A DNA stretch of 64,000 bases from an uncultured Acidobacteriota bacterium. GTDB lineage: Bacteria; Acidobacteriota; Terriglobia; Acidiferrales; UBA7541. Positions 1 to 9,784 of this stretch are shown one piece after another; positions within the stretch are counted from its first letter, which is position 1, and each line of letters opens with the position of its first letter. The stretch spans positions 139,969-203,968 of the forward strand of contig CAVPWC010000003.1 in NCBI GenBank assembly GCA_963709315.1, given 5' to 3'. The notes below the pieces were generated by a model that was not told the DNA's origin, searched no databases, and was given only the letters and a program-made list of their open reading frames with translations. Both the position numbers and the translations under genes were made by a program.

Positions 1-1
1 C

Positions 2-262
2 GAAGCGCCGCATGGAGGAGTTGGCACGAGCGGCTGGGGCCGTACTCACGGCAAAGCAGGCTTGCTCGAAATGGTGCAAGCAAAATATATCGACGTGGAC
101 CGCTTGCCCGGCCGCGAAAAGCCGTGGTGGTATCGTTATGGGGCCGATCTCGAGCGCGCCGCCGACGGGTTTCTCCGCTTTGAATTTGGTGGAGGCCTAG
201 CCGCAAAATTGCGCAATGTCCGCAGCGCGCTGAAAACAATGTTCCGCGATCACGGTTTTTAG
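2..262 (+). CDS. aldehyde dehydrogenase family protein, C-terminal fragment (gene starts upstream of the window)
   Basis: Frame 2 is open from the window edge and reads EAPHGGVGTSGWGRTHGKAGLLEMVQAKYI, matching the ALDH C-terminal PFGG..SG.GRE.G..GL motif; TAG at 260-262. Confidence 0.8.
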   Translation, partial: EAPHGGVGTSGWGRTHGKAGLLEMVQAKYIDVDRLPGREKPWWYRYGADLERAADGFLRFEFGGGLAAKLRNVRSALKTMFRDHGF

Positions 263-324
263 CTTCGTGGCACGCACTGATGTGCGGTAAGTTCGCGGCC
301 CACGAAGCGAAAGAAGGCGAGCCG

Positions 325-1578
325 ATGCAGCAAAATGATCCGACGCGGCTAAACGAATGGATCTACGACTGGAACGTGGCCGCTGCGCCGCTTATCGCTC
401 CAGGCACGCATGTCCTTCTCAACGATGAAACGCTGCGTGACGGCCTGCAAAACCCCAGCGTCCACGATCCCAGCATCGAAGAAAAAATCGAAATCCTGCA
501 CCTGATGGAAGCGCTGGGCATCGATTCGCTAAACATTGGATTGCCCGGAGCGGGCACACGAGCCGTCGAGCATGTCGAAGCCCTCGCCCGCGAAATCGTC
601 ACCAAGCGCTTGAAGATCAAGCCCAACTGCGCAGCCCGAACTGTCGAAGCCGACATTCGCCCCATCGCCGAAATTTCCCAGCGCGTAGGAATCGCGATTG
701 AAGCCGCCACATTTCTCGGCTCAAGCCCCATCCGCCGCCTCGTCGAAGACTGGACCGTCGATCATCTCGAGCGCACCACAGAAAAGGCAGTGAAGTTCGC
801 GGTCGAGCACGGCCTTCCTTCAATGTACGTGACCGAAGACACGATTCGCACCGACCCGGACACCGTCAAGCGCCTCTATACGACGGCGATTCGCAGCGGC
901 GCGCGCTCCATCGTGCTCTGCGACACCGTCGGCCATGCCATTCCCAATGGCGCGTACAATCTCGTTAAATTCGTCATCGAAGAGGTCGTCAAGCCTAGCG
1001 GCGAAAAAATCCGTGTGGACTGGCACGGCCACAACGATCGCGGTCTGGCCATTGCCAATTCTCTAGCAGCCATCGCCGCCGGCGCCAATTCCGTCCACGG
1101 CGCCGCCAATTCCCTCGGCGAACGCGTTGGCAACACGCCCATGGAACTCATGCTCGTGAATTTGCGCTTGATGGGCGTGATCCATCAGGATCTCTCACGC
1201 CTCAAGGAGTATTGTGAGAAAGTCGCCAAATATACGCACACCACAATCCCGCCGAACTATCCCGTCATCGGCCGGGATGCCTTCCGCACCGCCACCGGCG
1301 TCCACGCCGCCGCCATCATCAAAGCTTTTCACAAGGGCAACCAGTCCCTCGCCGATTCCGTCTATAGCGGTGTGCCTTCGCATCTCTTCGGACTCGAGCA
1401 AGCAATAGAAATCGGCCCCATGAGCGGCAAATCCAACGTCCTCTTCTGGCTGGAACGCCACAAAATTCCCGCCGACGATTTTCTCGTCAATCGCATCTTC
1501 GACGCCGCCAAACAATCCGCTCGCGTGCTCACCGACGCCGAAATCTCCGCGCTCTGCGCCGAGGCCACACGCCATTGA
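325..1578 (+). CDS. LeuA-family (2-isopropylmalate/homocitrate/citramalate synthase-like) acyltransferase lacking the C-terminal regulatory domain
   Basis: DETLRDGLQ, HGHND and GERVGN motifs of the DRE-TIM metallolyase family; ATG 325 follows GAAGG; about 417 aa, so no allosteric domain. Confidence 0.85.
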   Translation: MQQNDPTRLNEWIYDWNVAAAPLIAPGTHVLLNDETLRDGLQNPSVHDPSIEEKIEILHLMEALGIDSLNIGLPGAGTRAVEHVEALAREIVTKRLKIKPNCAARTVEADIRPIAEISQRVGIAIEAATFLGSSPIRRLVEDWTVDHLERTTEKAVKFAVEHGLPSMYVTEDTIRTDPDTVKRLYTTAIRSGARSIVLCDTVGHAIPNGAYNLVKFVIEEVVKPSGEKIRVDWHGHNDRGLAIANSLAAIAAGANSVHGAANSLGERVGNTPMELMLVNLRLMGVIHQDLSRLKEYCEKVAKYTHTTIPPNYPVIGRDAFRTATGVHAAAIIKAFHKGNQSLADSVYSGVPSHLFGLEQAIEIGPMSGKSNVLFWLERHKIPADDFLVNRIFDAAKQSARVLTDAEISALCAEATRH

Positions 1579-2882
1579 GCAAAGCAATCTCACGGACCCG
1601 GGCCGTGAAACGCGTCCTCGTTTGGGTTATCCTTTCCGCTATGCCGGTTCGCTCCTCTCTCGCGAGACAAACCACGCGCTCCGCTGCAACGGCCCAACTT
1701 GGCGAAAACGGGCAAGTGCGCGCGGCCGTGGACTGGTTCGTGCCCAATCTAAATTGGATCAACGACCAGCAAATTCGTCTAACCGAAATACCCGCGCCGG
1801 CCTTTCAAGAGAGCGAGCGCGCCACCGCGCTCAAACAACTACTCACCCAAGCCGGGCTGGAAGTCCATATCGACGCCACCGGAAACGTGATCGGAGAGTT
1901 GCCCGGTCTAAATGAAAACGAAATCGTCACGCTCTCCGCGCACCTGGACACGGTCTTTCCTCCAGGAACAGACGTTAAGGTTCGCCGTGATGGCGGTCGC
2001 CTCCTCGCCCCAGGCATTTCGGACAACGGCACTGGCCTCGCCGCGCTAGCAGCCATTGCCCGCGCTGTTCACGAAGCGCGCATCAAGCCCCAACGCACTA
2101 TCCTCTTTGTCGCCGACGTCGGCGAAGAAGGCGAAGGCAATCTCCGCGGCATTCGCGCGCTCGTCGATACTTACCACAGCAAACTAAAAGCAATGATCGT
2201 TCTCGACGGCGCCGGGACCGATTATGTGACCACCATCGCTCTTGCCTCGCGTCGCCTGGAGGTCGTGATCAACGGTCCAGGCGGACATAGTTGGTCAGAC
2301 TTTGGCATGCCCAATCCCATCAATGCTCTCGTTCGCGGCTCCGTCCGCTTCATTAACACGAGAGTTCCCGCATCGCCTCGCACCACCTTTAATCTTGGAC
2401 AAATCGATGGCGGCACTTCCGTCAACTCCATCCCTTACGAAGCCCACCTGAAAGTTGATGTGCGCTCCGAAAGCCAGGACGAGCTCACCCGCCTCGAATC
2501 CGCTTTTCGCGAATGCATGGCCGCCGGCGTGCGCGACGAGATGGAGTCGTCTCGCGATCGTTCGCGCGGAAAGCTCGAGTGGAAGGTCGAAGTGATTGGC
2601 AGCCGCCCCGGTGGCGAATTGGCGGCAGAGTCGCCACTTCTCGCCGCATTGCGCGCCGCGGATGTTATCTTGGAAAACGATTCACGGATTGAACGTTCTT
2701 CCACCGATGCAAATATCCCGCTCTCCATGGGTATCGACGCGATTTCGATTGGCGCTGGAGGCAACGGCGGAGGTGCGCACTCGCTCCTGGAATGGTACGA
2801 GCCCGCGGGACGCGAATTGGGATTGAAACGCGCCCTGCTCACCCTGCTCGGAGTGGCAGGCGTTGCCCCGGAGAAGCCTTGA
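1575..2882 (+). CDS. M20/M25/M40 family metallo-hydrolase, probably exported
   Basis: SAHLDTV, GISDNGTG, GEEGEG, GGHS and GGAHS metal-binding motifs; hydrophobic N-terminus; start overlaps the upstream stop. Confidence 0.85.
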   Translation: MSKAISRTRAVKRVLVWVILSAMPVRSSLARQTTRSAATAQLGENGQVRAAVDWFVPNLNWINDQQIRLTEIPAPAFQESERATALKQLLTQAGLEVHIDATGNVIGELPGLNENEIVTLSAHLDTVFPPGTDVKVRRDGGRLLAPGISDNGTGLAALAAIARAVHEARIKPQRTILFVADVGEEGEGNLRGIRALVDTYHSKLKAMIVLDGAGTDYVTTIALASRRLEVVINGPGGHSWSDFGMPNPINALVRGSVRFINTRVPASPRTTFNLGQIDGGTSVNSIPYEAHLKVDVRSESQDELTRLESAFRECMAAGVRDEMESSRDRSRGKLEWKVEVIGSRPGGELAAESPLLAALRAADVILENDSRIERSSTDANIPLSMGIDAISIGAGGNGGGAHSLLEWYEPAGRELGLKRALLTLLGVAGVAPEKP

Positions 2883-4618
2883 TGAAAAATCGCGCGACGA
2901 GCTTGCTCTATTTGAGCGTTATAGTGTTTTTCAGTTTTTGCGCGGGCGTCATTGCCCTCCGCGCGAAAGCGCAAACCTCGCAGTCCTATCCGCCCCAGCC
3001 GCACACCACGGTCTATCTCCACGGCCGTATCTACACGAACGACCCTGCGAATCCCTGGGCTGAAGCCATGGCTATTCGCGAGGGCAAGATTCGCTGCGTC
3101 GGCAGAATTGATTACGTGCTGCTCGAATGCGGCGGAAGCGATCCAAACGCCGAAACGATTCATCTCCACGGCAAATTTGTGATGCCCGGTTTCAATGACG
3201 CTCACGTGCACCTCGGCAGCGCCGGCGCCGACATGCTTTCCGTCCGGCTGAACGGCGTTGCAAGCGTGGAGGAACTGCAAAAGCGCATAGCCGACGCCGT
3301 GACTCACCACCAAGAGGGCGAGTGGATCACCGGAAGCGGCTGGGACCACACACTATGGCCCGACAAGAAATTTCCGACCAAACAGGAACTCGATGCCATA
3401 GCTCCGAAGAATCCTGTTTTCCTCACGCATGTTTCAGGCCACGTGGCCATTGCCAATTCACTCGCTCTGCAGCACGGCGAAATCACCAAGGACACTCCCA
3501 ATCCTCCCGGCGGCATGATCGAACGCGACGCCAACGGCGAAGCCACGGGCATGCTCGAGGAAGATTCCGCGATGAGTCTCGTCTCCGACAGGATTCCCGA
3601 CCTGAAAGCCGACCAGCGCCGCCGGGGCATCCTCATGGTGCTCGCCGATGCCGCCAAAAACGGCGTGACCTCCGTCCAGGATTTTTCCGATTGGCAGGAC
3701 TTTCTTGTCTATGTGCAATTGAAGCAGGAAGGGAAGCTCACCCTGCGCATCACGGAATGGCTCCCCTTTATTGATACGATGAACCAGCTTGAGGACATGC
3801 GCGCGCAAGCCGGAGCCTCGGATCCATGGTTGCGTACCGGCGCGGTTAAGGGATTTCTTGACGGCGCTCTCGGTTCTCGCACGGCCGCCATGCTTGCTCC
3901 TTATTCCGATGATCCTTCCACCAGCGGCATTCTCACCAACGATCCCGATAAATTCCGCGCCATGGCCATCGAGCGCGACAAAGCCGGCTTCCAGATCAAC
4001 TTTCACGCCATCGGCGATCGCGCCAATCGTGAAGCTCTCGACATTTTCGAAGCCGTCGCCAAAGCCAACGGTCCGCGCGATCGCCGGGACCGCGTCGAGC
4101 ACGCGCAAGTTCTCTCTCCCGAGGATTTGCCGCGTTTCGCGAAACTCAACGTCATCGCTTCGATGCAGCCCTCTCATGAAACCACCGACATGCGCTGGGC
4201 GGAACAACGCCTCGGCCCCGACCGCTCCAAAGGCGCCTACGCATGGGCCTCGCTGCTCAAGAGCGGAGCACATCTGGCATTCGGCACGGACTATGACGTC
4301 GAACCGATCACCCCGATGCGCGGGCTCTACGCCTGCGTAACGCGCGAACTTCCCGAAGGCGGTCCTGTCGGCGGGTGGGAGCCGCAAGAAAAAATTTCGC
4401 TCGCCGATTGCATTCGCGCTTACACGTCCGGCTCCGCCTATGCGCAATTTGAGGAAGGGAAGAAGGGCGAACTCAAAGTCGGCGAGTACGCGGACTTCGT
4501 TATTCTTTCCGACGACCTCACCAAAATACCGGCGAAGCAATTCACGAAGGTCACCGTTTTGCGTACCGTCGTTGGTGGACGCAACGTTTATTCAGCGGAT
4601 GACAGCATGCTTCCTTAG
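2882..4618 (+). CDS. amidohydrolase 3 family (YtcJ-like) metal-dependent hydrolase with signal peptide
   Basis: PGFNDAHVH, FHAIGDRA, RVEHAQ and FGTDY motifs; TGATG overlap with the upstream gene; signal-like MKNRATSLLYLSVIVFFSFCAGVIALRAKAQ. Confidence 0.9.
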   Translation: MKNRATSLLYLSVIVFFSFCAGVIALRAKAQTSQSYPPQPHTTVYLHGRIYTNDPANPWAEAMAIREGKIRCVGRIDYVLLECGGSDPNAETIHLHGKFVMPGFNDAHVHLGSAGADMLSVRLNGVASVEELQKRIADAVTHHQEGEWITGSGWDHTLWPDKKFPTKQELDAIAPKNPVFLTHVSGHVAIANSLALQHGEITKDTPNPPGGMIERDANGEATGMLEEDSAMSLVSDRIPDLKADQRRRGILMVLADAAKNGVTSVQDFSDWQDFLVYVQLKQEGKLTLRITEWLPFIDTMNQLEDMRAQAGASDPWLRTGAVKGFLDGALGSRTAAMLAPYSDDPSTSGILTNDPDKFRAMAIERDKAGFQINFHAIGDRANREALDIFEAVAKANGPRDRRDRVEHAQVLSPEDLPRFAKLNVIASMQPSHETTDMRWAEQRLGPDRSKGAYAWASLLKSGAHLAFGTDYDVEPITPMRGLYACVTRELPEGGPVGGWEPQEKISLADCIRAYTSGSAYAQFEEGKKGELKVGEYADFVILSDDLTKIPAKQFTKVTVLRTVVGGRNVYSADDSMLP

Positions 4619-4935
4619 GTCTATCTGCTAATAAAACGTTCTCGTTCGCCAGATTCGAACGCCGCGATAAGTCGCAACAAAATGTTCCCGCTCCGATTCG
4701 CCTGCTTCCATCTTCATCGTTTTTGGCAGCCTCTCGAAGAATTTGGCAGCGGCCTCAACTCAATTATGTTGCGGGGTGCGAGAGACTTTCTCGACCAAAT
4801 AAGAACGTGGCTATCAGCGTTGTGGCCGCATGTCGAAGCCAAGTACTGAGCGTACTATAGCCATACTTCAAGCGTGCTCGCGACCCTTCAATCCAATGAA
4901 TCTGAATTTTATATGATGCTGACCTCAGTTTCTCG

Positions 4936-4964
4936 TTGACAAATCATTCTGGTGGCCATATATA
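4936..4964 (+). promoter_or_regulatory. sigma70-type promoter upstream of the TonB-dependent receptor
   Basis: TTGACA (4936-4941), 17-nt spacer, TATATA (4959-4964). Confidence 0.7.
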
Positions 4965-4971
4965 GGCCACC
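4951..4971. promoter_or_regulatory. operator-like dyad centred on the -10 box
   Basis: GGTGGCC-ATATATA-GGCCACC, perfect 7-bp inverted repeat. Confidence 0.55.
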
Positions 4972-5376
4972 TATTTGTCTTTGCTGTGGTTGTATGGCGT
5001 GACGCATTTCATCGGGGATGTTTTGCGTCGTGAGCTGTGGCTTGGGAGAAATTTTCGCGTCTCTGCCACTTTTGCGTCGTAAGAGCTCGTCGAGTTTCTA
5101 TGAAAGGCTGTAGTGAAATATGGCGCGGCGTAGATGGATCGTCAGCCAGTTAACCTCAGCTTTAGATAATTCATAGAACGCATTCGGCTTAGCTTTTTCT
5201 GGCGCAATGGTATCCGGCTTGCAAATGATTTTGCCATACGGTTTTAGTTGGTGGTTGCCTAATTCAAGAAAAGTTTGGATTTCTCGAAGTCGCTCGAGTG
5301 TAGCTTGCTTTGGTTAGTTTGCTTCACCTGCTCGATTCGTATGAGGGCTATAAACGCCCATCCAGGAGGTAGTTGA

Positions 5377-8300
5377 ATGTCAAGTAAGCGAGTGGCTCTG
5401 CTCCTAGCTGCATTGTTTTGTTTGTTTGCTGTAACTCCGTCCTCCCTGTTCGGTCAAGCCGCGAGTACTGGCACGGTCGCGGGAACGGTTACGGACCCGT
5501 CGGGCGGAGCAGTGGTTGGCGCCACGGTCACTTTGATCGATACGGCGACGAACATTTCACGCACAGAAACGACGAACGACACAGGAAGATACTTTTTTGC
5601 GAACGTGGTTCCCAGCGTCTACAACGCTACCGTAAGCAAGACGGGGTTCCGCGTTTCGAAGCTGACGAGTCAGACTGTGGAGGTAGGCGCGTCCCTCACT
5701 TTGAATGTTGTGATGGAGCTGGGCTCGGTGGCTGAAACCGTCGAGGTCACTGTCACCAACGGCGCCGAACTTCAGACCTTGAACGCCACCGTCGGCAACA
5801 CGATTGGCGGCAAACTCCTCGAGGATCTGCCCTCCATCAACCGCGACGCCGCGACTTTCGTGACCCTGCAGCCAGGCGTTTCTCCCGACGGCAGCGTGGC
5901 TGGCGCGGTTAGCGACCAAAGCACCTTCATGCTCGATGGCGGTCAGAACAGCAACGACATGGACGGCAGCATGGCGGTTTACACGGCTAGCTTCGCTGGC
6001 GATCCGACCGGAGGTATCGTTGCGGATATGATCGGCGGCAGCCCCACGGGTGTCATGCCCACTCCTCTCGACAGCGTCGAGGAGTACAAAGTCAATACTG
6101 CCAACCAGACCGCGGACTTCAACAGCTCGGCGGGTGCGCAGGTTCAAGTCGTCACCAAGCGCGGCACCAACTCCTGGCACGGCACCGCTTACGAATATTA
6201 TCTCGACAACAATTTCGACGCCAACACCTGGAACAACAACAACTCTGGTACCCCCATTCCCAGCTATCACTACAACCGGTTTGGTGCTTCTGGCGGCGGC
6301 CCAATTATTAAGAAGGAGATTCTAGGCGGCAAGACTTTCTTTTTCGCCAATGTCGAAGGTTTCCGCTGGAATAAGTCGCAGACTTACGAAGCAGTCGTTC
6401 CCAGCGCTAATATGCGCGCCGGCGTCTTGACCCTGCCGGTGTGCACCGGCGCCTGTGCGGCTGGCGGGGCCGGTGCTCCACCTCCAGTACCCACGGTCTT
6501 CAACCTCAACCCTAATGCGGTGACCGTCAATGGCGTTACTTACCCGGGATCAGGAACAACCCTCGACCCCCGAGGCCTCGGAATCAATCCCTTGGTCCAG
6601 CAAATGTGGAACAAATTCGAACCCATGCCGAATGACCTCAATTGCAGCGGTGTTGGGCTGACCCAAACTTGCGATGGCGTGAACGAACAAGGTTACAAGG
6701 CCAACGTCGAGATACCCTACAGTTCGAATTTCGCAGTGGCTCGTTTGGACCACGATTTCGGCTCCAGGTTCCACTTCAACACCAGCTACCGTTACTACAA
6801 GCTGCAACAGGCCACAACCAACCAAGTGGACGTTGGCGGTTTCTTCTCTGGTGACACGCTGGGGACTCCGGCAGCCCTTTCCCAGCGTCCGCAGCAGCCG
6901 TGGTACTTCGTGGCGGGGTTGACCGTAAACGTCACTCCTAACACCACAAACGATTTGCATTACAGTTACCTGCGCAATTACTGGTCTTGGTCCAATCCAG
7001 GCGGTGTTCCTCAATTCCCCCAACTTGGTACCGACGTGGGCGGAGCCGCTCTTGAGCCCTTTGGCGAGACTGCCAATCCGCTCGCTCCTTACAACGTGAA
7101 CACTCAAGGCGTCCGTACTCGATTCTGGGATGGCCACGACAATTTCCTCCGCGACGACTGGACCATGCTGAAGGGCAACCACCTCTTTACGTTCGGCGGC
7201 GCCTACCAGCGCAATTGGGATTGGCATCAGCGCTCCGACAACGGCGGCGGTATCAACTACCAAGCCACCTATCAGCTAGGCCAAAGCACGACTGGCGGCG
7301 GCGCCGTGGACTTCACCGGCACCTTGCCTGCCGGCGTGGCTCCAACGACTTGGGGCCGCGACAGTGCCGCCGTTTTAGGCATCGTTACCGCCTCGCAAAT
7401 CGCCTATACGCGTTCTGGCTCTGACCTTGCGCTGAATGCTCCGCTGACTCACGCGTTCGACCAGAGCACCATCCCCTATTACAACGTGTACTTCAGCGAC
7501 TCCTGGCATCTGAAGCCGTCCTTCACCTTGACCTACGGGTTAGGTTGGACTCTCGAAATGCCGCCGACCGAGGCACAGGGCAAGCAGATGGAGCTCGTGG
7601 ATCAGAGCGGCCAGCCTGTTAGCACCGAGGCCTACCTCAACCAGCGGGAGCTCGCCGCTCTTAACGGTCAAGTCTTCAACCCAATACTTGGCTACTCTCT
7701 CGTCGGCAATACCGGAGCCGGATCGAAGTACCCCTATAATCCCTTCTACGGTTCGTTTAGCCCGCGCGTTGCCGCGGCTTGGAACCCCAACATCACCGAT
7801 GGGTTCCTTGGCAAAGTGTTTGGCGGCAACAAGTCAGTCGTACGCGGCGGCTACAGCCGTGTTTACGGGCGTCTGAATGGCGTGGATCTAGTTCTCGTGC
7901 CCCTGCTGGGTGACGGACTTATTCAGGCCGTCCAGTGCAGCCAAAACTACATGCCCATACCGGTAGGCATGGGCGGGACCGGTGCCCCCACTTGCGGGGC
8001 CCCGAATGGCGCTGCTATTCCCCTTACTGTTGCCAACGCCTTCCGCGTTGGAACGGACGGCAACAATGCTCCCATCCCTGCAGCCGCACCCACGCTTCCG
8101 AAGCTCAACTTCCCGGGCGTTAATAGCGTCGCGGCGGGCGCAGGCGAAGTCCTTGACCCAAATTTCCGCCCCAACGTCGTGGACTCCTTTGACTTGACCA
8201 TCCAGCGCCAGATCGGCAACAAGTTCATCTTGGAATTGGGCTACATCGGCCGGAGAATCACCCACGAGTACCAGCCGATCAACTTGAACTCCGTGCCCTA

Positions 8301-9564
8301 CATGATGACTCTTGGCGGGCAGCAATTCTCCAAGGCCTATGCCGGCGTTGAGACTTCTCTCGGCTGTGCGACTTCCTTCGCGGCTTGCGGAGCGAATGTC
8401 CCTGCCGCGAAACTGGCGAATGGCAGTCAGAACCCGGCCTACGCACAATATTTCAACGCGATTCCGGCGCAGCCCTTCTTTGAGTCGGCTCTCTCCGGCA
8501 CAGGGTATTGCAACGCTACGTACGGTGGAGTGCCCTTGACGAGCTGCACCGCGGTCGCGGCCCTCAATGAGATCGGCAACTTCACGACGCAGAGCGTTTG
8601 GAACCTCTGGAGCGACCTCGACAACGGCGGGTTCAATTTTGCCCGCAGCATGATGAACACTAAAATCGTCGGTGGTCCACTGGATTGCGGCACAACCGCC
8701 GAGCCCACCACTTGCGGCAGTGGCGGTCAGACCTCATCCGGCGTCGGCATGAATGCTAGCGTCGGCCATGGCAACTATAATGGCGGGTTCGTTTCTCTGA
8801 AAATGAACAGCTGGCATGGGATCACCCTGCAAGAAAACTTCACCTACAGCAAGGCCTTGGGCACAGGAGCTCTCGTCCAGGCCACCAGCGAGTACACACC
8901 CAATGATCCCTTTAACCTGAACGCCGGTTACGGTGTGCAGAACTTCGACCGCAAGTTCGTGTTCAACACCTACGCCATGATCGATGACCCGTGGTACAAG
9001 GGCCAGCAAGGGCTCATCGGCCGCCTCGCGGGCGGTTGGTCCTTGTCTCCGATTCTCGCGATGGGCAGCGGCGAACCGCTCGGTTGCGGTACCTTTACGA
9101 GCTCCGAGTCTTTCGGAGCAGGTGATGGTTCCAACTTCTTCGACACCGAAAACTGCATTCTCACCAAGCCGTCCTCCGGGTCCTCAGCCTCTCTTCACTC
9201 TGATGGCACTCCTGGCCAATTCAACCTCTTCGCGAATCCTGGCGCTGTGTTGAGCACGCTGCGCCCTGCGATTCTTGGCCTCGATACGAGCACGGGTGGC
9301 GTCGGCGTATTCACTGGTTTGATGTATTGGAACGTGGACATGCGTTTGGTGAAAAACATCAAAATCTCCGAACGCTACACTCTCCAGTTCGAGTACACCG
9401 TTACCAACATATTTAACCATCCCGTGTTCCAGGATCCCACCGGCGGCGACGCACAAACCGGTATTGGCGTCGTCCCAACGAACGGCGTAGGAACCTTCGG
9501 CGTTGTCAACGTCCAGGGGAACAATCCCCGCCAGATGCAGTTTGGTCTGAGGTTCGCGTTCTAA
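5377..9564 (+). CDS. Oar-like TonB-dependent outer-membrane receptor with N-terminal carboxypeptidase-regulatory-like domain
   Basis: Signal peptide, GTVTDPSGGAVVGATVTL N-domain, plug motif DSVEEYKV...GAQVQVVTKRGTN.WHG, C-terminal PRQMQFGLRFAF; AGGAGG SD. Confidence 0.92.
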   Translation: MSSKRVALLLAALFCLFAVTPSSLFGQAASTGTVAGTVTDPSGGAVVGATVTLIDTATNISRTETTNDTGRYFFANVVPSVYNATVSKTGFRVSKLTSQTVEVGASLTLNVVMELGSVAETVEVTVTNGAELQTLNATVGNTIGGKLLEDLPSINRDAATFVTLQPGVSPDGSVAGAVSDQSTFMLDGGQNSNDMDGSMAVYTASFAGDPTGGIVADMIGGSPTGVMPTPLDSVEEYKVNTANQTADFNSSAGAQVQVVTKRGTNSWHGTAYEYYLDNNFDANTWNNNNSGTPIPSYHYNRFGASGGGPIIKKEILGGKTFFFANVEGFRWNKSQTYEAVVPSANMRAGVLTLPVCTGACAAGGAGAPPPVPTVFNLNPNAVTVNGVTYPGSGTTLDPRGLGINPLVQQMWNKFEPMPNDLNCSGVGLTQTCDGVNEQGYKANVEIPYSSNFAVARLDHDFGSRFHFNTSYRYYKLQQATTNQVDVGGFFSGDTLGTPAALSQRPQQPWYFVAGLTVNVTPNTTNDLHYSYLRNYWSWSNPGGVPQFPQLGTDVGGAALEPFGETANPLAPYNVNTQGVRTRFWDGHDNFLRDDWTMLKGNHLFTFGGAYQRNWDWHQRSDNGGGINYQATYQLGQSTTGGGAVDFTGTLPAGVAPTTWGRDSAAVLGIVTASQIAYTRSGSDLALNAPLTHAFDQSTIPYYNVYFSDSWHLKPSFTLTYGLGWTLEMPPTEAQGKQMELVDQSGQPVSTEAYLNQRELAALNGQVFNPILGYSLVGNTGAGSKYPYNPFYGSFSPRVAAAWNPNITDGFLGKVFGGNKSVVRGGYSRVYGRLNGVDLVLVPLLGDGLIQAVQCSQNYMPIPVGMGGTGAPTCGAPNGAAIPLTVANAFRVGTDGNNAPIPAAAPTLPKLNFPGVNSVAAGAGEVLDPNFRPNVVDSFDLTIQRQIGNKFILELGYIGRRITHEYQPINLNSVPYMMTLGGQQFSKAYAGVETSLGCATSFAACGANVPAAKLANGSQNPAYAQYFNAIPAQPFFESALSGTGYCNATYGGVPLTSCTAVAALNEIGNFTTQSVWNLWSDLDNGGFNFARSMMNTKIVGGPLDCGTTAEPTTCGSGGQTSSGVGMNASVGHGNYNGGFVSLKMNSWHGITLQENFTYSKALGTGALVQATSEYTPNDPFNLNAGYGVQNFDRKFVFNTYAMIDDPWYKGQQGLIGRLAGGWSLSPILAMGSGEPLGCGTFTSSESFGAGDGSNFFDTENCILTKPSSGSSASLHSDGTPGQFNLFANPGAVLSTLRPAILGLDTSTGGVGVFTGLMYWNVDMRLVKNIKISERYTLQFEYTVTNIFNHPVFQDPTGGDAQTGIGVVPTNGVGTFGVVNVQGNNPRQMQFGLRFAF

Positions 9565-9593
9565 CTTCTTCCGGCGTGCTTTCATAAGCCGCC

Positions 9594-9640
9594 GCAAAAA
9601 CGGGGAAGGCCACATCGGCCTTCCCCGTTTTGCTTTTTCT
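9594..9640 (+). terminator. intrinsic terminator after the receptor gene
   Basis: AAAACGGGGAAGGCC-ACATC-GGCCTTCCCCGTTTT followed by GCTTTTTCT. Confidence 0.85.
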
Positions 9641-9784
9641 GACCTTTGTCCCACTTTCTCCCGCTCGTTATAGAACTCCTTTGTCGCAGCGCCCACGCTT
9701 CGTCACCGGCGTCGTCACCAGCGTTGTCATCGTTTGCGACCGGAATTACACTTACGCGCTCGCCTCTTTCAGGCGCCACAGCAC

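Noticed and set aside
2435-4540. 304-aa and 360-aa minus-strand ORFs
   Set aside because: Antisense to the M20 hydrolase and amidohydrolase genes
4682-4849. 55-aa ORF in the intergenic region before the receptor promoter
   Set aside because: No SD and no recognisable features; likely chance
4980-5376. Cobalamin, TPP or other known riboswitch in the receptor leader
   Set aside because: GCCACT is present but the other cobalamin core elements and the TPP GCTGAGA/CTGGAT motifs were not found by eye; kept only as an unknown structured leader
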